From Gammaproteobacteria bacterium (GTDB lineage: Bacteria > Pseudomonadota > Gammaproteobacteria > Pseudomonadales > Azotimanducaceae): a stretch of 64,000 bases of DNA. The position numbers and the translations under genes are program-made. This document shows positions 55,070 to 64,000 of this stretch, in pieces (the first letter of the stretch is position 1; each line of letters opens with the position of its first letter). The stretch is from positions 50,564 through 114,563 of the forward strand of contig JAPOVV010000025.1 of assembly GCA_026707945.1 (NCBI GenBank), in the 5' to 3' direction. A model generated the notes under the pieces. It ran no database searches. It saw only the letters and a list, made by a program, of their open reading frames with translations, and was not told the origin of the DNA.

Positions 55070-56905
55070 CTATTCCACCGTAACCGATTTCGCAAGATTG
55101 CGTGGTTGATCAACATCCGTGCCTTTCTGAACCGCAACGTGATATGCAAGCAATTGCAGAGGTACGACATACACGATAGGCGCTAATAGCGGATCAACTC
55201 TAGGTACTTCGATAACCTTCATGTTGTCGCTCGTACGAAACCCCGCTTCCGCATCGGCAAAGACATAGAGCATGCCGCCACGTGCTTTGACCTCCTCCAC
55301 GTTTGACTGCACTTTCTCGAGCAATTCGTTACTGGGAGCCACTGCGACAACGGGCATATCTGCGTCAACTAGCGCCAACGGGCCGTGTTTTAACTCACCA
55401 GTCGGGTAACCTTCTGCGTGAATATACGAGATTTCCTTTAGTTTTAGTGCGCCTTCGCATGCAATGGGGTATTGTGGACCTCGACCCAAAAAGAGCGCAT
55501 GGTGCTTGTGCATGAACTCTTCCGACAGCCGACGCAGTTGGTGATCTAATCCCAATGTGCGGTAGATCACGCGATCCAACATATGGAGCTCTCGAACAAT
55601 TTCAGCTTCGCGCTCCTCAGGAATCCCATTTCTACGGGCTAACAAAACCGCTAGCAACAGTAAATCTGTCAACATGGCGGTAAACGCCTTCGTTGATGCA
55701 ACGCTCACCTCGGCGCCAGCGTTCATCATGATGGGCAGGTCACTTTCGCGTGTAAGGGTGCTGTTGAGCACATTCGAAATGACCACCGTGTGCTTGAAAC
55801 CACGCTCCTTGGCCTCGCGCAACGCAGCAATCGTATCTGCTGTTTCCCCCGACTGTGATAACGACACAAACAAGCTGTTCGGTGCCACAACCAAATTTCG
55901 ATAGCGAAATTCGGATGCAATTTCGGCGTTACAAGGTATCTGCGCAATGTCTTCAATCCAATACTTCGCAACGCACGCTGCGTAGTAGCTCGTACCGCAG
56001 CCAACGATCGTAACGGACTTGGTGTCATCCAGCATCGATCGCGCCCGAATTCCGAATGCGTCTTCGAGAATACGATCACTCCCGATCCGACCTTCGAGCG
56101 TGTTGCGTATGACGCGAGGTTGTTCGTGGATTTCTTTCGCCATGAAATGCCGGTACGTGCCTTTTTCCATCGCATCGGCGTGAGCGCGAACAGTTTCCGG
56201 CTCGCGTTCGACCGGTTCGTCATTCACATCCAGAATCATCAACGAGTCCGACGAAATCCGCACGATGTCGCCTTCCTGCAGGAAGATGAATCGATCCGTT
56301 ACGGGTCGTAACGCAACGACATCCGACGCGACAAAGTGCTCGCCGAGTCCTAACCCAACGACCAGTGGACAGCCGCCACGAACCGCGACAATTTCGTTTG
56401 GCGCGTCATTAGCGATCGCTGCGATGGCGTACGCACCTTCGAGACGGCGGCGTGTAGACACCATTGCGGTCGTTAAATCGCCCGACTCCCGATAGTGGTG
56501 GTGGAGTAGATGGGCGATGGTTTCCGAGTCCGTATCGGATTCGAACTCGTAACCCAGCGCATCGAGTTCTTCACGTAACGTTTCGTAGTTCTCGATGATC
56601 CCATTGTGTACAACGCAAATCGCGCCTTTGGACATGTGAGGATGAGCATTCGCCTCACTCGGTTCGCCGTGAGTCGCCCACCGTGTATGAGCAATACCTG
56701 TACGACCTGATACGGGCTGACCAGCTAGTGCTTCTTGAAGGTCGTTTACCTTACCGACACGACGCACGCGTTCGATGTCACACTGATTCGTAACTTGAAC
56801 GGCCACACCCGCCGAGTCATAGCCGCGGTATTCGAGCCGTCGCAATCCCTCCATCAAGATAGCTAGGACTTCGCGCTGAGTGGTAGCGCCGACAATGCCA
56901 CACAT
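55070..56905 (-). CDS. glmS: Glutamine--fructose-6-phosphate aminotransferase
   Basis: Begins MCGIVG (Cys2 nucleophile). Two SIS domains. C-terminal ...LAKSVTVE. Confidence 0.96.
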   Translation of the reverse strand: MCGIVGATTQREVLAILMEGLRRLEYRGYDSAGVAVQVTNQCDIERVRRVGKVNDLQEALAGQPVSGRTGIAHTRWATHGEPSEANAHPHMSKGAICVVHNGIIENYETLREELDALGYEFESDTDSETIAHLLHHHYRESGDLTTAMVSTRRRLEGAYAIAAIANDAPNEIVAVRGGCPLVVGLGLGEHFVASDVVALRPVTDRFIFLQEGDIVRISSDSLMILDVNDEPVEREPETVRAHADAMEKGTYRHFMAKEIHEQPRVIRNTLEGRIGSDRILEDAFGIRARSMLDDTKSVTIVGCGTSYYAACVAKYWIEDIAQIPCNAEIASEFRYRNLVVAPNSLFVSLSQSGETADTIAALREAKERGFKHTVVISNVLNSTLTRESDLPIMMNAGAEVSVASTKAFTAMLTDLLLLAVLLARRNGIPEEREAEIVRELHMLDRVIYRTLGLDHQLRRLSEEFMHKHHALFLGRGPQYPIACEGALKLKEISYIHAEGYPTGELKHGPLALVDADMPVVAVAPSNELLEKVQSNVEEVKARGGMLYVFADAEAGFRTSDNMKVIEVPRVDPLLAPIVYVVPLQLLAYHVAVQKGTDVDQPRNLAKSVTVE

Positions 56906-56911
56906 CGTCGG

Positions 56912-58273
56912 TTAGCGCCTTCTGAATCGGGTTCCCCCGCCTTTGACCGTACGCTGATCCGCGCGTTCAATCACCAGCTCGTCCGTGCTCACGTTCCGGC
57001 TAATCGACGAACCGGCTGCGACGGCCGCGCCGGCTTCGATCGTAAGTGGCGCAATGAGCGAGCTATTAGAGCCGATAAAGACATTGTCACCAATGATGGT
57101 CCGGTGTTTGTTTCTGCCATCGTAATTACATGTAATCGCACCCGCACCAATGTTTGTGTCGGCGCCGATCTCCGCATCGCCAAGGTAGGCTAAATGGGCA
57201 GCTTTCACACCACTGGCTAGTTGCGAGTTCTTAATTTCCACGAAATTGCCGATACCTACGTTGTCGTCCAGCGTAGTTCCAGGTCGGATGCGTGCGAAAG
57301 GTCCTATCGAACAATCCCGACCGACCGTTGCATCTTCAATGACTGTATTCTCTTTGACTATCGTGTTAGAGGCGATCTGTACATTTCGCAAAATGCAGTT
57401 GGAGCCGATCTGGACGTTGTCTCCTAGTTCAACGTCCCCTTCCAAGAGAACATTGATATCCATTGAACAATCTAATCCGGTTGTCACAGTTCCACGGCAA
57501 TCGAATCGACTAGGATCGGCAATGCTCACACCGCGTTTCATTAGATCTTCAGCTTGCCACCGCTGAAAAATACGTTCAACCTTGGCGAGTTGCACACGGT
57601 CATTGACACCAAGAACTTCCCTATAGTCAAGAGCTTTAACGGCATTGATTGCCACGCCGTCGGACACAGCTTCCGCGATTAAATCTGTGAGATAAATCTC
57701 GCCTTGTGCGTTGTTCGCGATCAGACGTGGAAGTTGCTCTCTTAATACTCCGACTGACGTACTCAGGATTCCGCTATTTATCTCGTCGATATCGCACTGT
57801 TCAGGAGCAATATCTGCTTGCTCGACAATAGATTCAACTTGACCCGCCGTGTTCCGGACAATGCGACCTAAGCCGAAAGGATCGGGGACAACCGCAGTTA
57901 TCAATCCCACACCATCCTGGCCTGCTGCAACACACCGCTTAACCGTAGAAGGCTTAACTAGCGGACAGTCACCATATACGACAAGCGCTTGCGCTTCTGC
58001 ATCCAAGTCGGGCAATGCTTGAAGCACTGCATGACCGGTGCCCAACTGTTCCGATTGACGAACCCAATTGACGTCAAATTCATCGAAAACGGACTGAAAA
58101 TCATCGCCGTTTTCACCCACTACTACGTGTGCCCGAGCAGGCGTAAGGGCATTAACCGTTTCCAATACGCGAGTAAGCATCGGCTTACCCCCGACCGTAT
58201 GAAGGACTTTTGGAGTTCGCGACTTCATACGGGTACCTTGACCCGCTGCAAGCACGATGACTTCTAATCGCAT
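56912..58273 (-). CDS. glmU: Bifunctional UDP-N-acetylglucosamine pyrophosphorylase / GlcN-1-P acetyltransferase
   Basis: LAAGQGTRMKS nucleotide-binding motif. C-terminal left-handed beta-helix hexapeptide repeats. Sits directly upstream of glmS. Confidence 0.95.
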   Translation of the reverse strand: MRLEVIVLAAGQGTRMKSRTPKVLHTVGGKPMLTRVLETVNALTPARAHVVVGENGDDFQSVFDEFDVNWVRQSEQLGTGHAVLQALPDLDAEAQALVVYGDCPLVKPSTVKRCVAAGQDGVGLITAVVPDPFGLGRIVRNTAGQVESIVEQADIAPEQCDIDEINSGILSTSVGVLREQLPRLIANNAQGEIYLTDLIAEAVSDGVAINAVKALDYREVLGVNDRVQLAKVERIFQRWQAEDLMKRGVSIADPSRFDCRGTVTTGLDCSMDINVLLEGDVELGDNVQIGSNCILRNVQIASNTIVKENTVIEDATVGRDCSIGPFARIRPGTTLDDNVGIGNFVEIKNSQLASGVKAAHLAYLGDAEIGADTNIGAGAITCNYDGRNKHRTIIGDNVFIGSNSSLIAPLTIEAGAAVAAGSSISRNVSTDELVIERADQRTVKGGGTRFRRR

Positions 58274-58342
58274 GAGTTCGGTAGTTTAGTCCTACGACTT
58301 TTTTTCGACTGTTTCAACGTGTTTCGAGTGAAGTTAGACCCG

Positions 58343-58972
58343 CTAAGTCGGGATTGGTATCCCACTCGTCGTCGCTACCGGTACTTCGTACCCGCGTTGT
58401 ACAGGCGCTCTTCCCGCAATGTTGATATACCAGCGCTTTAACGAAGGGTAGTTTTCCCACGAGATTTCATGCCATTCCCACCTCGAGATCCAAGGCCACG
58501 TTGCCATGTCCGCTATTGAGTAGTCACCTGCGAGAAATTCGCTTTCCTGCAGTCTCTTATCGAGTACACCATACAACCGATGTCCTTCGCTTCTATATCG
58601 ATCTTCAGCGTACGGTGCAACACCTTGATTAAAACGCAAGAAATGATGCACCTGACCGAGCATTGGACCAACACCCCCCATTTGTAGCATGAGCCACTCA
58701 AGTGTGACGTACGAATCTTGTCCGAGGAATTTACCCGTCTTATGGGCTAGGTACCATAAGATAGCTCCGGATTCCATCATTGAACGTCCCGTCTCTCGAT
58801 CTACGATCGCAGGAATTTTGTTATTGGGACTGATCTTTAAGAAATCTGATGCAAACTGCTCATCTTTACCGATATTTATGGGAATTACGCTATAGTCCAG
58901 TTCCATTTCCTCAAGAGCTATAGACGCTTTCCGACCGTTTGGTGTTCCCCATGTATATAAATCTATCATCAC
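58343..58972 (-). CDS. yfcG: Glutathione S-transferase, YfcG-like (Nu class)
   Basis: MIDLYTWGTPNGRKASIALEEMELDY...ISPNNKIPAIVD is near-colinear with the E. coli YfcG N-terminus. Confidence 0.82.
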   Translation of the reverse strand: MMIDLYTWGTPNGRKASIALEEMELDYSVIPINIGKDEQFASDFLKISPNNKIPAIVDRETGRSMMESGAILWYLAHKTGKFLGQDSYVTLEWLMLQMGGVGPMLGQVHHFLRFNQGVAPYAEDRYRSEGHRLYGVLDKRLQESEFLAGDYSIADMATWPWISRWEWHEISWENYPSLKRWYINIAGRAPVQRGYEVPVATTSGIPIPT

Positions 58973-59174
58973 GTAAACCGAATCAACATTTGTGAGGCTT
59001 ATTTTATTCTTACAGCTTAGATACGAATCCTCTTACTTGATTTTAAAACAATCCAAACTACGAACGTTTTAGGAGCACGACAAAACTAGATAAGTACTAA
59101 ATGTTTCTGTATACATTGGGAAATGCTTTTCTAATTTCACTGAAAGCCAATAGATAAGTTACTTCCCAATTAAA

Positions 59175-60365
59175 TCACTCCTGAAGCAACTCAGGAACAA
59201 TCGAACTAAGCATTCCTGCAACGTTTGTAGATCTTAATACTCCCTTTCGGTCTATAGCGAAAACCGTCGGTATACTCTTTACTGCCCATCGATCCGCGAG
59301 GTTTTTGTCCACGCAAATAGGCCATTCCATACCGTGTGTCTCTGCGCATGTGAGAACGTGTTTCTCCAGTTCCACTAGGTCCAGGTTAGGCTTCTTCGAA
59401 CGGATATATTGCTTTCCGTACTTGACCAATTCTGGCTCGTCACAAGAGACTCCTAATATTCTTAACCCACTTTCGTGATACTGTCGAATCAGACGCTTGA
59501 ACTGCGGGACCTGATTCAAGCAAGGCTGACACCATGTCGCCCAGAAGTCGATTAACACAACATTACCAAGATAGTCGCTAATAGCTACCTGCTTCCCCGA
59601 AACTAGATCCGTGAATGACAATGCAAACTTCATTTCTACTGATTCGAGTTTCCGCTTTATAAAGTTTATTCTCGTATTTTGGGGGAACAGATTTTTGGTT
59701 CTCAACAGGAATCGTAGTTGCTCCTTCACATTAACATACGACAACGCCTCCACGGCGTCAAGTAGACCTTCTTCAGCCAAGTTTAGATCAATCTGCCAAT
59801 AGTCTGGATATAGCTCACTTTTTAGAGGCGCTTCAATTAAATTACGATACTCCAGAAAGCGCTTAACCGAAGAAAATAACCGATTTGCGCTGCTCAGTAG
59901 TTCCTCCGGCAACCGCTCGCTCGGTTCAAAGTCTAAGACCTCATTTCTCAGTTCTTCGATTATGGTATGGTGAGCCCACTCTGCAATCACTAAGTGCGAA
60001 GACTCTGCTAGAAGTTTCTCAATCGTCAATTTCTTCCGACGTGATATCAATTCCCTCGCTTCGATCCAGGATTCTCTCTCGGCTGGATCCCTTAGGTTGT
60101 AACTTCGATATTGACCAGTTACTTCCATAGGCTGGTCACGAAAGTTGTCATTGACGGAAAGAAATAAATGAGGCTGCATCTCCATCAACATCCAATATTC
60201 GTGAATACAAGCTAACGCCGCTTCGTGCGCGGGATGTGTGTCGGATAAGGTTTTAGTCAATACAGCCCTCCGCCGAATCCAAAGTTCATTCTCTTTTGGA
60301 TCGCTGCTTGGAGGTATTGGGTCGAGGGGAATCGTGGTCGTGAATTGACTAATTTCGGCTAACAA
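59175..60365 (-). CDS. Two-domain protein: unknown ~250-aa helical N-terminal domain plus a C-terminal TlpA/redoxin-like thioredoxin fold
   Basis: CxxC motif in FWATWCQPC with a thioredoxin-fold context (VVLIDFWATWC...GVSCDE...IPTVFAID). No obvious signal peptide. TTG start. AT-rich gene. Confidence 0.68.
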   Translation of the reverse strand: MLAEISQFTTTIPLDPIPPSSDPKENELWIRRRAVLTKTLSDTHPAHEAALACIHEYWMLMEMQPHLFLSVNDNFRDQPMEVTGQYRSYNLRDPAERESWIEARELISRRKKLTIEKLLAESSHLVIAEWAHHTIIEELRNEVLDFEPSERLPEELLSSANRLFSSVKRFLEYRNLIEAPLKSELYPDYWQIDLNLAEEGLLDAVEALSYVNVKEQLRFLLRTKNLFPQNTRINFIKRKLESVEMKFALSFTDLVSGKQVAISDYLGNVVLIDFWATWCQPCLNQVPQFKRLIRQYHESGLRILGVSCDEPELVKYGKQYIRSKKPNLDLVELEKHVLTCAETHGMEWPICVDKNLADRWAVKSIPTVFAIDRKGVLRSTNVAGMLSSIVPELLQE

Positions 60366-60717
60366 TTCCCCTGCTGAAGGTTGGTCTCGTCGATTCTTAA
60401 TGTCTGATTCGTCGATTGGAACTTAGAACCTCAAATTCATTTAGTCCAATTTTAGTTTTTACGAAGCCGCTCGAGCCAAATAGATTTCTCTGACTGTACT
60501 ATTTAGTTTGTAAAACCTTCGACGCCACTGATTTTAAAATCAACAAATAGTTCTTCCTGAGTCCAATTTTGCTCAAGCGTCACAATGTCGGATAGATCTT
60601 GAAGTGACGCTATTCGAATCCTCCCCATCGTGCAAAATATCCTATGTCGTCTAATCCACGAACGTAGTTAATGTTCGTTACAAGTAGAGATTGCATTTGG
60701 CACGAATAAATAGACGA

Positions 60718-62655
60718 ATGTGGATTGTTCTCTCCTCTAGTGCGATCATGTTCGTTTTATCAGCGGAAGGGGGAAACGGGTGGTCACATTACGGTGGTTC
60801 GCTAAAAGGGGATCGTTACGTCTCGCGTTCGTCGATTACGGCAAAAAATGCTAAACATCTCGTCAATGCTTGGATCTACAGAACGGGCGATGTTTCTGAC
60901 GGTTATGGATTTGAAGGGAATCCTTCAAACTTCAAGGCTACCCCGATATTTATCCAAGGCAAACTGATTTTCTCGACTGGTTTCAATCGAGTAATTGCGT
61001 TAAACCCCGCCACAGGAAAGGAACTCTGGGCATTTGATCCAAATGTAGATTTCTCCAAATCCTATAGCGAGATGTTTACTTCTCGAGGCGTTGCCGTTTG
61101 GGTCGATTCGAACGAGGATTCAGTTGAGTGCCGCGTGCGTGTGTTCGCCGGAACACTCGATGCTCGATTGATAGCCCTAGATGCCTTCACCGGCGAGTTC
61201 TGTCCAAGCTTTGGTAAGGAAGGACAAATTGACCTGTCAGTCGGAATACGACGTTATAGGAAGTGGGACTACTCTCTAACGTCACCACCAACCGTCGTCG
61301 GTGATCTAGTCATCGTTGGTTCCGCAATCGGCGATAACGGCGCAGCGCATCTCGAACCTGGATTGATCCGAGCATTCAACGTTCGAAACGGATCGCTCGC
61401 TTGGCTATGGGACCCGATTCCCCGTGCTGAGAGGCATCCTGGCAGTACTTCATGGACGAACGTTCTTCAAAATCACACGGGTGGCGCAAACGTGTGGAGT
61501 GTGATGTCCGCCGATACAGAGCGCGACCTGATTTTTCTCCCGACCACTTCGCCGTCGCCTGATTTCTATGGCGGTGTACGTTTAGGAGACAACGCATTCG
61601 CAAATTCGGTTGTCGCGCTACAAGCGTCAACCGGGAGGTTCGTCTGGGGCTATCAAACCATCCATCATGATTTGTGGGACTACGATCTCGCGTCCCAACC
61701 CCTTTTGTTTGAACATGTCGCATCGGATGGAACGGAACGTCCCGCAGTTGCGCAGGCTTCAAAAACGGGTTTTGTTTTCGTACTTGACCGTGAGACCGGG
61801 GAACCGTTACACCCAGTGGAAGAAAGAATCGTCCCACAAACCGATGTTCCTGGCGAACAGACCTCGAAGACACAGCCATTTCCAAAGTTGAGACTCCACA
61901 CTACTGACGCTCAACCTTTACCAATTTGGGACTTCACGCCAGAGCACCTTAAAGGCTGTGAAAGGTTGCTCGAAGGCATCCGATACGAAGGGATATTCAC
62001 ACCACCGAGTCTTGAAGGCACGCTTCTTTTTCCAGGCAATCCAGGCGGCACGAATTGGGGTTCGATAGCATATGACGAAGTTAAACGAATTGGCTATCTG
62101 ATCGTCAATCGGTTGCCGACGGTAGTGAAGTTGATCCCGCGCAGAGAATTTACTCAAGCGGATCGCATAGGAACTCTGAACGGTGCGCGTGCACAACACA
62201 CGGAGCAAGACGGTACACCATATGGAATGGCGAGATTCGATCTATTTTTTGACGATCTTCCTTGTCTTCAAGGTCCGTGGACAACACTCGTCGCGGTCGA
62301 TCTCGAACGAGGCGAAGTGAAGTGGGAAAGTGCTATCGGTTCGATTACTTGGCGAGATGTTGGAACGGAAGCCGAGCAATGGGGCTTCTATGTGTTTGGA
62401 GGTCCTATGGTCACGCAGGGCGGCGTGGTGTTTTTCGCTACACCAAATGATAAAAAACTCTATGCATTCGACGGAACCGACGGGACTGAATTGTGGGCTC
62501 GCGATCTTCCAGCAGGCGCGCATGCGACTCCCATGGGATACCGATTCGGTGACGCGGACTACGTTGTAATAGCCGCGGGAGGCGAGCTAGCCGACGGAAG
62601 CGGTCGCGGCGATTACGTCATTGCGTTTCGCTTAGCTATCGATGCCGAGCATTGA
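60718..62655 (+). CDS. PQQ-dependent dehydrogenase (quinoprotein glucose/quinate dehydrogenase family), periplasmic form
   Basis: GWSHYGG..KGDRY...AW.YRTGD N-terminal signature. DLWDYD motif. 8-bladed propeller length. ATG 60718 gives signal-like MWIVLSSSAIMFVLSA; the track start is TTG 60691. Confidence 0.85.
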   Translation: MWIVLSSSAIMFVLSAEGGNGWSHYGGSLKGDRYVSRSSITAKNAKHLVNAWIYRTGDVSDGYGFEGNPSNFKATPIFIQGKLIFSTGFNRVIALNPATGKELWAFDPNVDFSKSYSEMFTSRGVAVWVDSNEDSVECRVRVFAGTLDARLIALDAFTGEFCPSFGKEGQIDLSVGIRRYRKWDYSLTSPPTVVGDLVIVGSAIGDNGAAHLEPGLIRAFNVRNGSLAWLWDPIPRAERHPGSTSWTNVLQNHTGGANVWSVMSADTERDLIFLPTTSPSPDFYGGVRLGDNAFANSVVALQASTGRFVWGYQTIHHDLWDYDLASQPLLFEHVASDGTERPAVAQASKTGFVFVLDRETGEPLHPVEERIVPQTDVPGEQTSKTQPFPKLRLHTTDAQPLPIWDFTPEHLKGCERLLEGIRYEGIFTPPSLEGTLLFPGNPGGTNWGSIAYDEVKRIGYLIVNRLPTVVKLIPRREFTQADRIGTLNGARAQHTEQDGTPYGMARFDLFFDDLPCLQGPWTTLVAVDLERGEVKWESAIGSITWRDVGTEAEQWGFYVFGGPMVTQGGVVFFATPNDKKLYAFDGTDGTELWARDLPAGAHATPMGYRFGDADYVVIAAGGELADGSGRGDYVIAFRLAIDAEH

Positions 62656-62854
62656 AGCTACATTAAAACGATCTGCTTTCACCTACTCTCGTGCCGCACT
62701 CGGAAATACTCGAGGGAAGGACCACGATTTCTTTACATCTTTAGGCTCCACGCTTCTTCTAGGATAACACGACGATTAGCCTGTCGCACTGATGTAGCTA
62801 TACGGCAGTCGTTACCATATAGCGAGAAACGACAAGACGCTAATACGCATTTAA

Positions 62855-63034
62855 GTGCGTAAAGACCAAAACATCCGGGAGCTCGGCTTGAACGCGAACG
62901 ACTGTGTCACGAAAGGAGCAGTGATTGAGTTGCTTCAAGAGCACCCAAAACTAGTGCGGCGTCCTATCATCGTAGAGAAAGGTAAGGCGTGCATCGCGCG
63001 TACTTCTGAGAAAATCGACGAACTCGCAGGATAA
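62855..63034 (+). pseudogene. 3' remnant of an arsC-family (glutaredoxin-type arsenate reductase/Spx-fold) gene
   Basis: Manual translation gives VRKDQNIRELGLNANDCVTKGAVIELLQEHPKLVRRPIIVEKGKACIARTSEKIDELAG*. It aligns with the E. coli ArsC C-terminal half (LLRKNVEPYEQLGL...FMLQHPILINRPIVV...RLCRPSE). The upstream frame is closed by stops at 62852, 62795 and 62777. No catalytic-Cys N-terminus was found. Confidence 0.55.
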
Positions 63035-63069
63035 AGCGAGCACTGCTACGTTAGGAGAAGGCGACCCAA

Positions 63070-64000
63070 ATGGCAAGAATTGAATTTGAGGTTATTCGTA
63101 ACTGGGAAAAACTACCCGAGGGGTGGAGTTTCGTAGAAGTCGCAGGCGTAGCAACCGATTCAAAAGATCGTGTATATGCGTTCAATCGCGGCGAACATCC
63201 CATGATCGTCTTCGATTCAGACGGGAATTTCCTTGATGCGTGGGGTGAAGGTATGTTTACCAACCCCCATGGCTTGTATATCGGCCCGGATGACACGATC
63301 TTTGCGGCAGACAACTTTGACCATACCGTCCGAATCTTCAACACAGATGGCCATCTAAAACAAACTCTGGGCGAGAAGAACAAGGCGAGCGATACTGGCT
63401 TCATTCCTGGTAAGTCGCCTGTTCAATACGGTGGCGGACCTTTCAACAGAGTGACCAATGTCGCTTTAGACAAGATGGGGGACCTGTTTGTCGCAGATGG
63501 ATACGGTAATGCACGTGTGCACAAATTCTCAAATTCCGGTGAGTACCTGTTTTCCTGGGGCGAGCCCGGCACTGGACCCGGTGAATTCAATCTGCCGCAC
63601 GCCATCGCTATCGACGCAGATGATCGAATCTACGTCGCCGACCGGGAGAATTCACGCATTCAAGTTTTCGACCACCATGGCGGGCACTTGGAAACGTGGG
63701 ATCACGTGACCCGACCCGATGACTTATTCATCGACAAAAGTGGCATCCTTCATGTCGCTGAGCTTGGCGAAATCGCAGGTAAACCTCCCAATACAGAGAT
63801 ACTGCCACACACGCCACACGCAAGTGTCTGCATCATGGAACTTGACGGCAGCCTAATCCATCGCTTTGGCGAAAGTGACCCAGTGCAACCTGGCAATTTT
63901 TTCGCGCCGCACGGCATATGGGCCGACTCTAAAGGCGATCTCTACGTTGCGGAAGTGGTGTACAGTGGCGGTGCGAATCGTGGGCTTGTACCACTTGATT
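63070..64000 (+). CDS. NHL-repeat six-bladed beta-propeller protein (peptidyl-hydroxyglycine lyase-like), 3'-truncated by the window edge
   Basis: ATG 63070 with AGGAGA at 63053-63058. Open to nt 64000 (310 codons). Repeated NHL-like units (PHGLYIGPDDTIFAADNFDHTVRIF, VALDKMGDLFVADGYGNARVHKF, PHAIAIDADDRIYVADRENSRIQVF, PHGIWADSKGDLYVAE). Not in the ORF track because it has no stop inside the window. Confidence 0.75.
   Translation, partial: MARIEFEVIRNWEKLPEGWSFVEVAGVATDSKDRVYAFNRGEHPMIVFDSDGNFLDAWGEGMFTNPHGLYIGPDDTIFAADNFDHTVRIFNTDGHLKQTLGEKNKASDTGFIPGKSPVQYGGGPFNRVTNVALDKMGDLFVADGYGNARVHKFSNSGEYLFSWGEPGTGPGEFNLPHAIAIDADDRIYVADRENSRIQVFDHHGGHLETWDHVTRPDDLFIDKSGILHVAELGEIAGKPPNTEILPHTPHASVCIMELDGSLIHRFGESDPVQPGNFFAPHGIWADSKGDLYVAEVVYSGGANRGLVPLD

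Noticed and set aside
60503-60628. 41-aa minus-strand mini-ORF (MGRIRIASLQDLSDIVTLEQNWTQEELFVDFKISGVEGFTN*), faintly GNAT-N-terminus-like
   Set aside because: It is too short and the similarity is too vague. There is no SD sequence and no continuation in other frames. It may be a decayed fragment, but I cannot support that.
63051-63404. 117-aa minus-strand ORF
   Set aside because: It is antisense to the NHL-repeat gene, which has an SD sequence, repeats and an open frame to the window edge.
1-64000. Search for tRNA, rRNA, CRISPR arrays, IS elements, integrases or prophage genes
   Set aside because: No intergenic region showed cloverleaf-like or repeat-spacer structure. No transposase, integrase or phage-like ORFs appear in the six-frame track. 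This was judged by eye only; tRNAscan-SE, Infernal and ISfinder searches would be decisive.

Overview
This is a 64-kb chromosomal window from a Gammaproteobacterium, with roughly 50-55% GC in the lines I sampled. The order rpoZ-spoT-ridA-recG / rubredoxin / ubiA, together with many TonB-dependent, TRAP, PhyH and LLM genes, suggests a marine Pseudomonadales/Cellvibrionales-type heterotroph; that is an inference. I support about 53 protein-coding genes, 2 gene remnants, 3 rho-independent terminators and 1 sigma-32-type promoter. By eye I found no rRNA, tRNA, CRISPR array, IS element or integrase.

Housekeeping content:
- Central metabolism and cofactors: aceE (5'-truncated by the window edge), bioB, metY, ubiA, glmU-glmS.
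- Stress and nucleic-acid functions: hslO plus an Hsp20 gene, rpoZ-spoT-ridA-recG, a uvrD-like helicase, a yfcG-like GST.
- Envelope: waaA, tolC.

Accessory content:
- A SorA-like molybdoenzyme with its cytochrome c.
- Two beta-lactamase-fold hydrolases.
- TRAP permease genes and, 7.7 kb away, a TRAP binding protein.
- A single-chain biotin carboxylase-BCCP-carboxyltransferase (LCC-like).
- A PQQ dehydrogenase.
- An NHL-propeller gene running off the 3' edge.

The most unusual region is 12.6-28.5 kb. A Hanks kinase / PhyH / PhyH-HEAT operon sits divergent from a translationally coupled four-gene membrane operon. That operon encodes an 8-TM MotA/ExbB-type channel, two bitopic ExbD-like proteins (one with a membrane Asp) and a membrane-anchored tandem FGE-sulfatase protein. 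It is followed by a TPR/Pro-rich/TonB_C protein, a 1099-aa TonB-dependent receptor and an S9 peptidase. I read this as a candidate non-canonical proton-motive-force (PMF)-driven envelope system.

Other notable points:
- SpoT has substitutions at its synthetase active-site positions.
- An intact RHH antitoxin sits next to a 33-codon, internally deleted VapC remnant.
- A 55-aa rubredoxin gene is absent from the ORF track.
- An arsC remnant lies downstream of the PQQ dehydrogenase.
- A low-GC islet carries an atypical TlpA-like protein.
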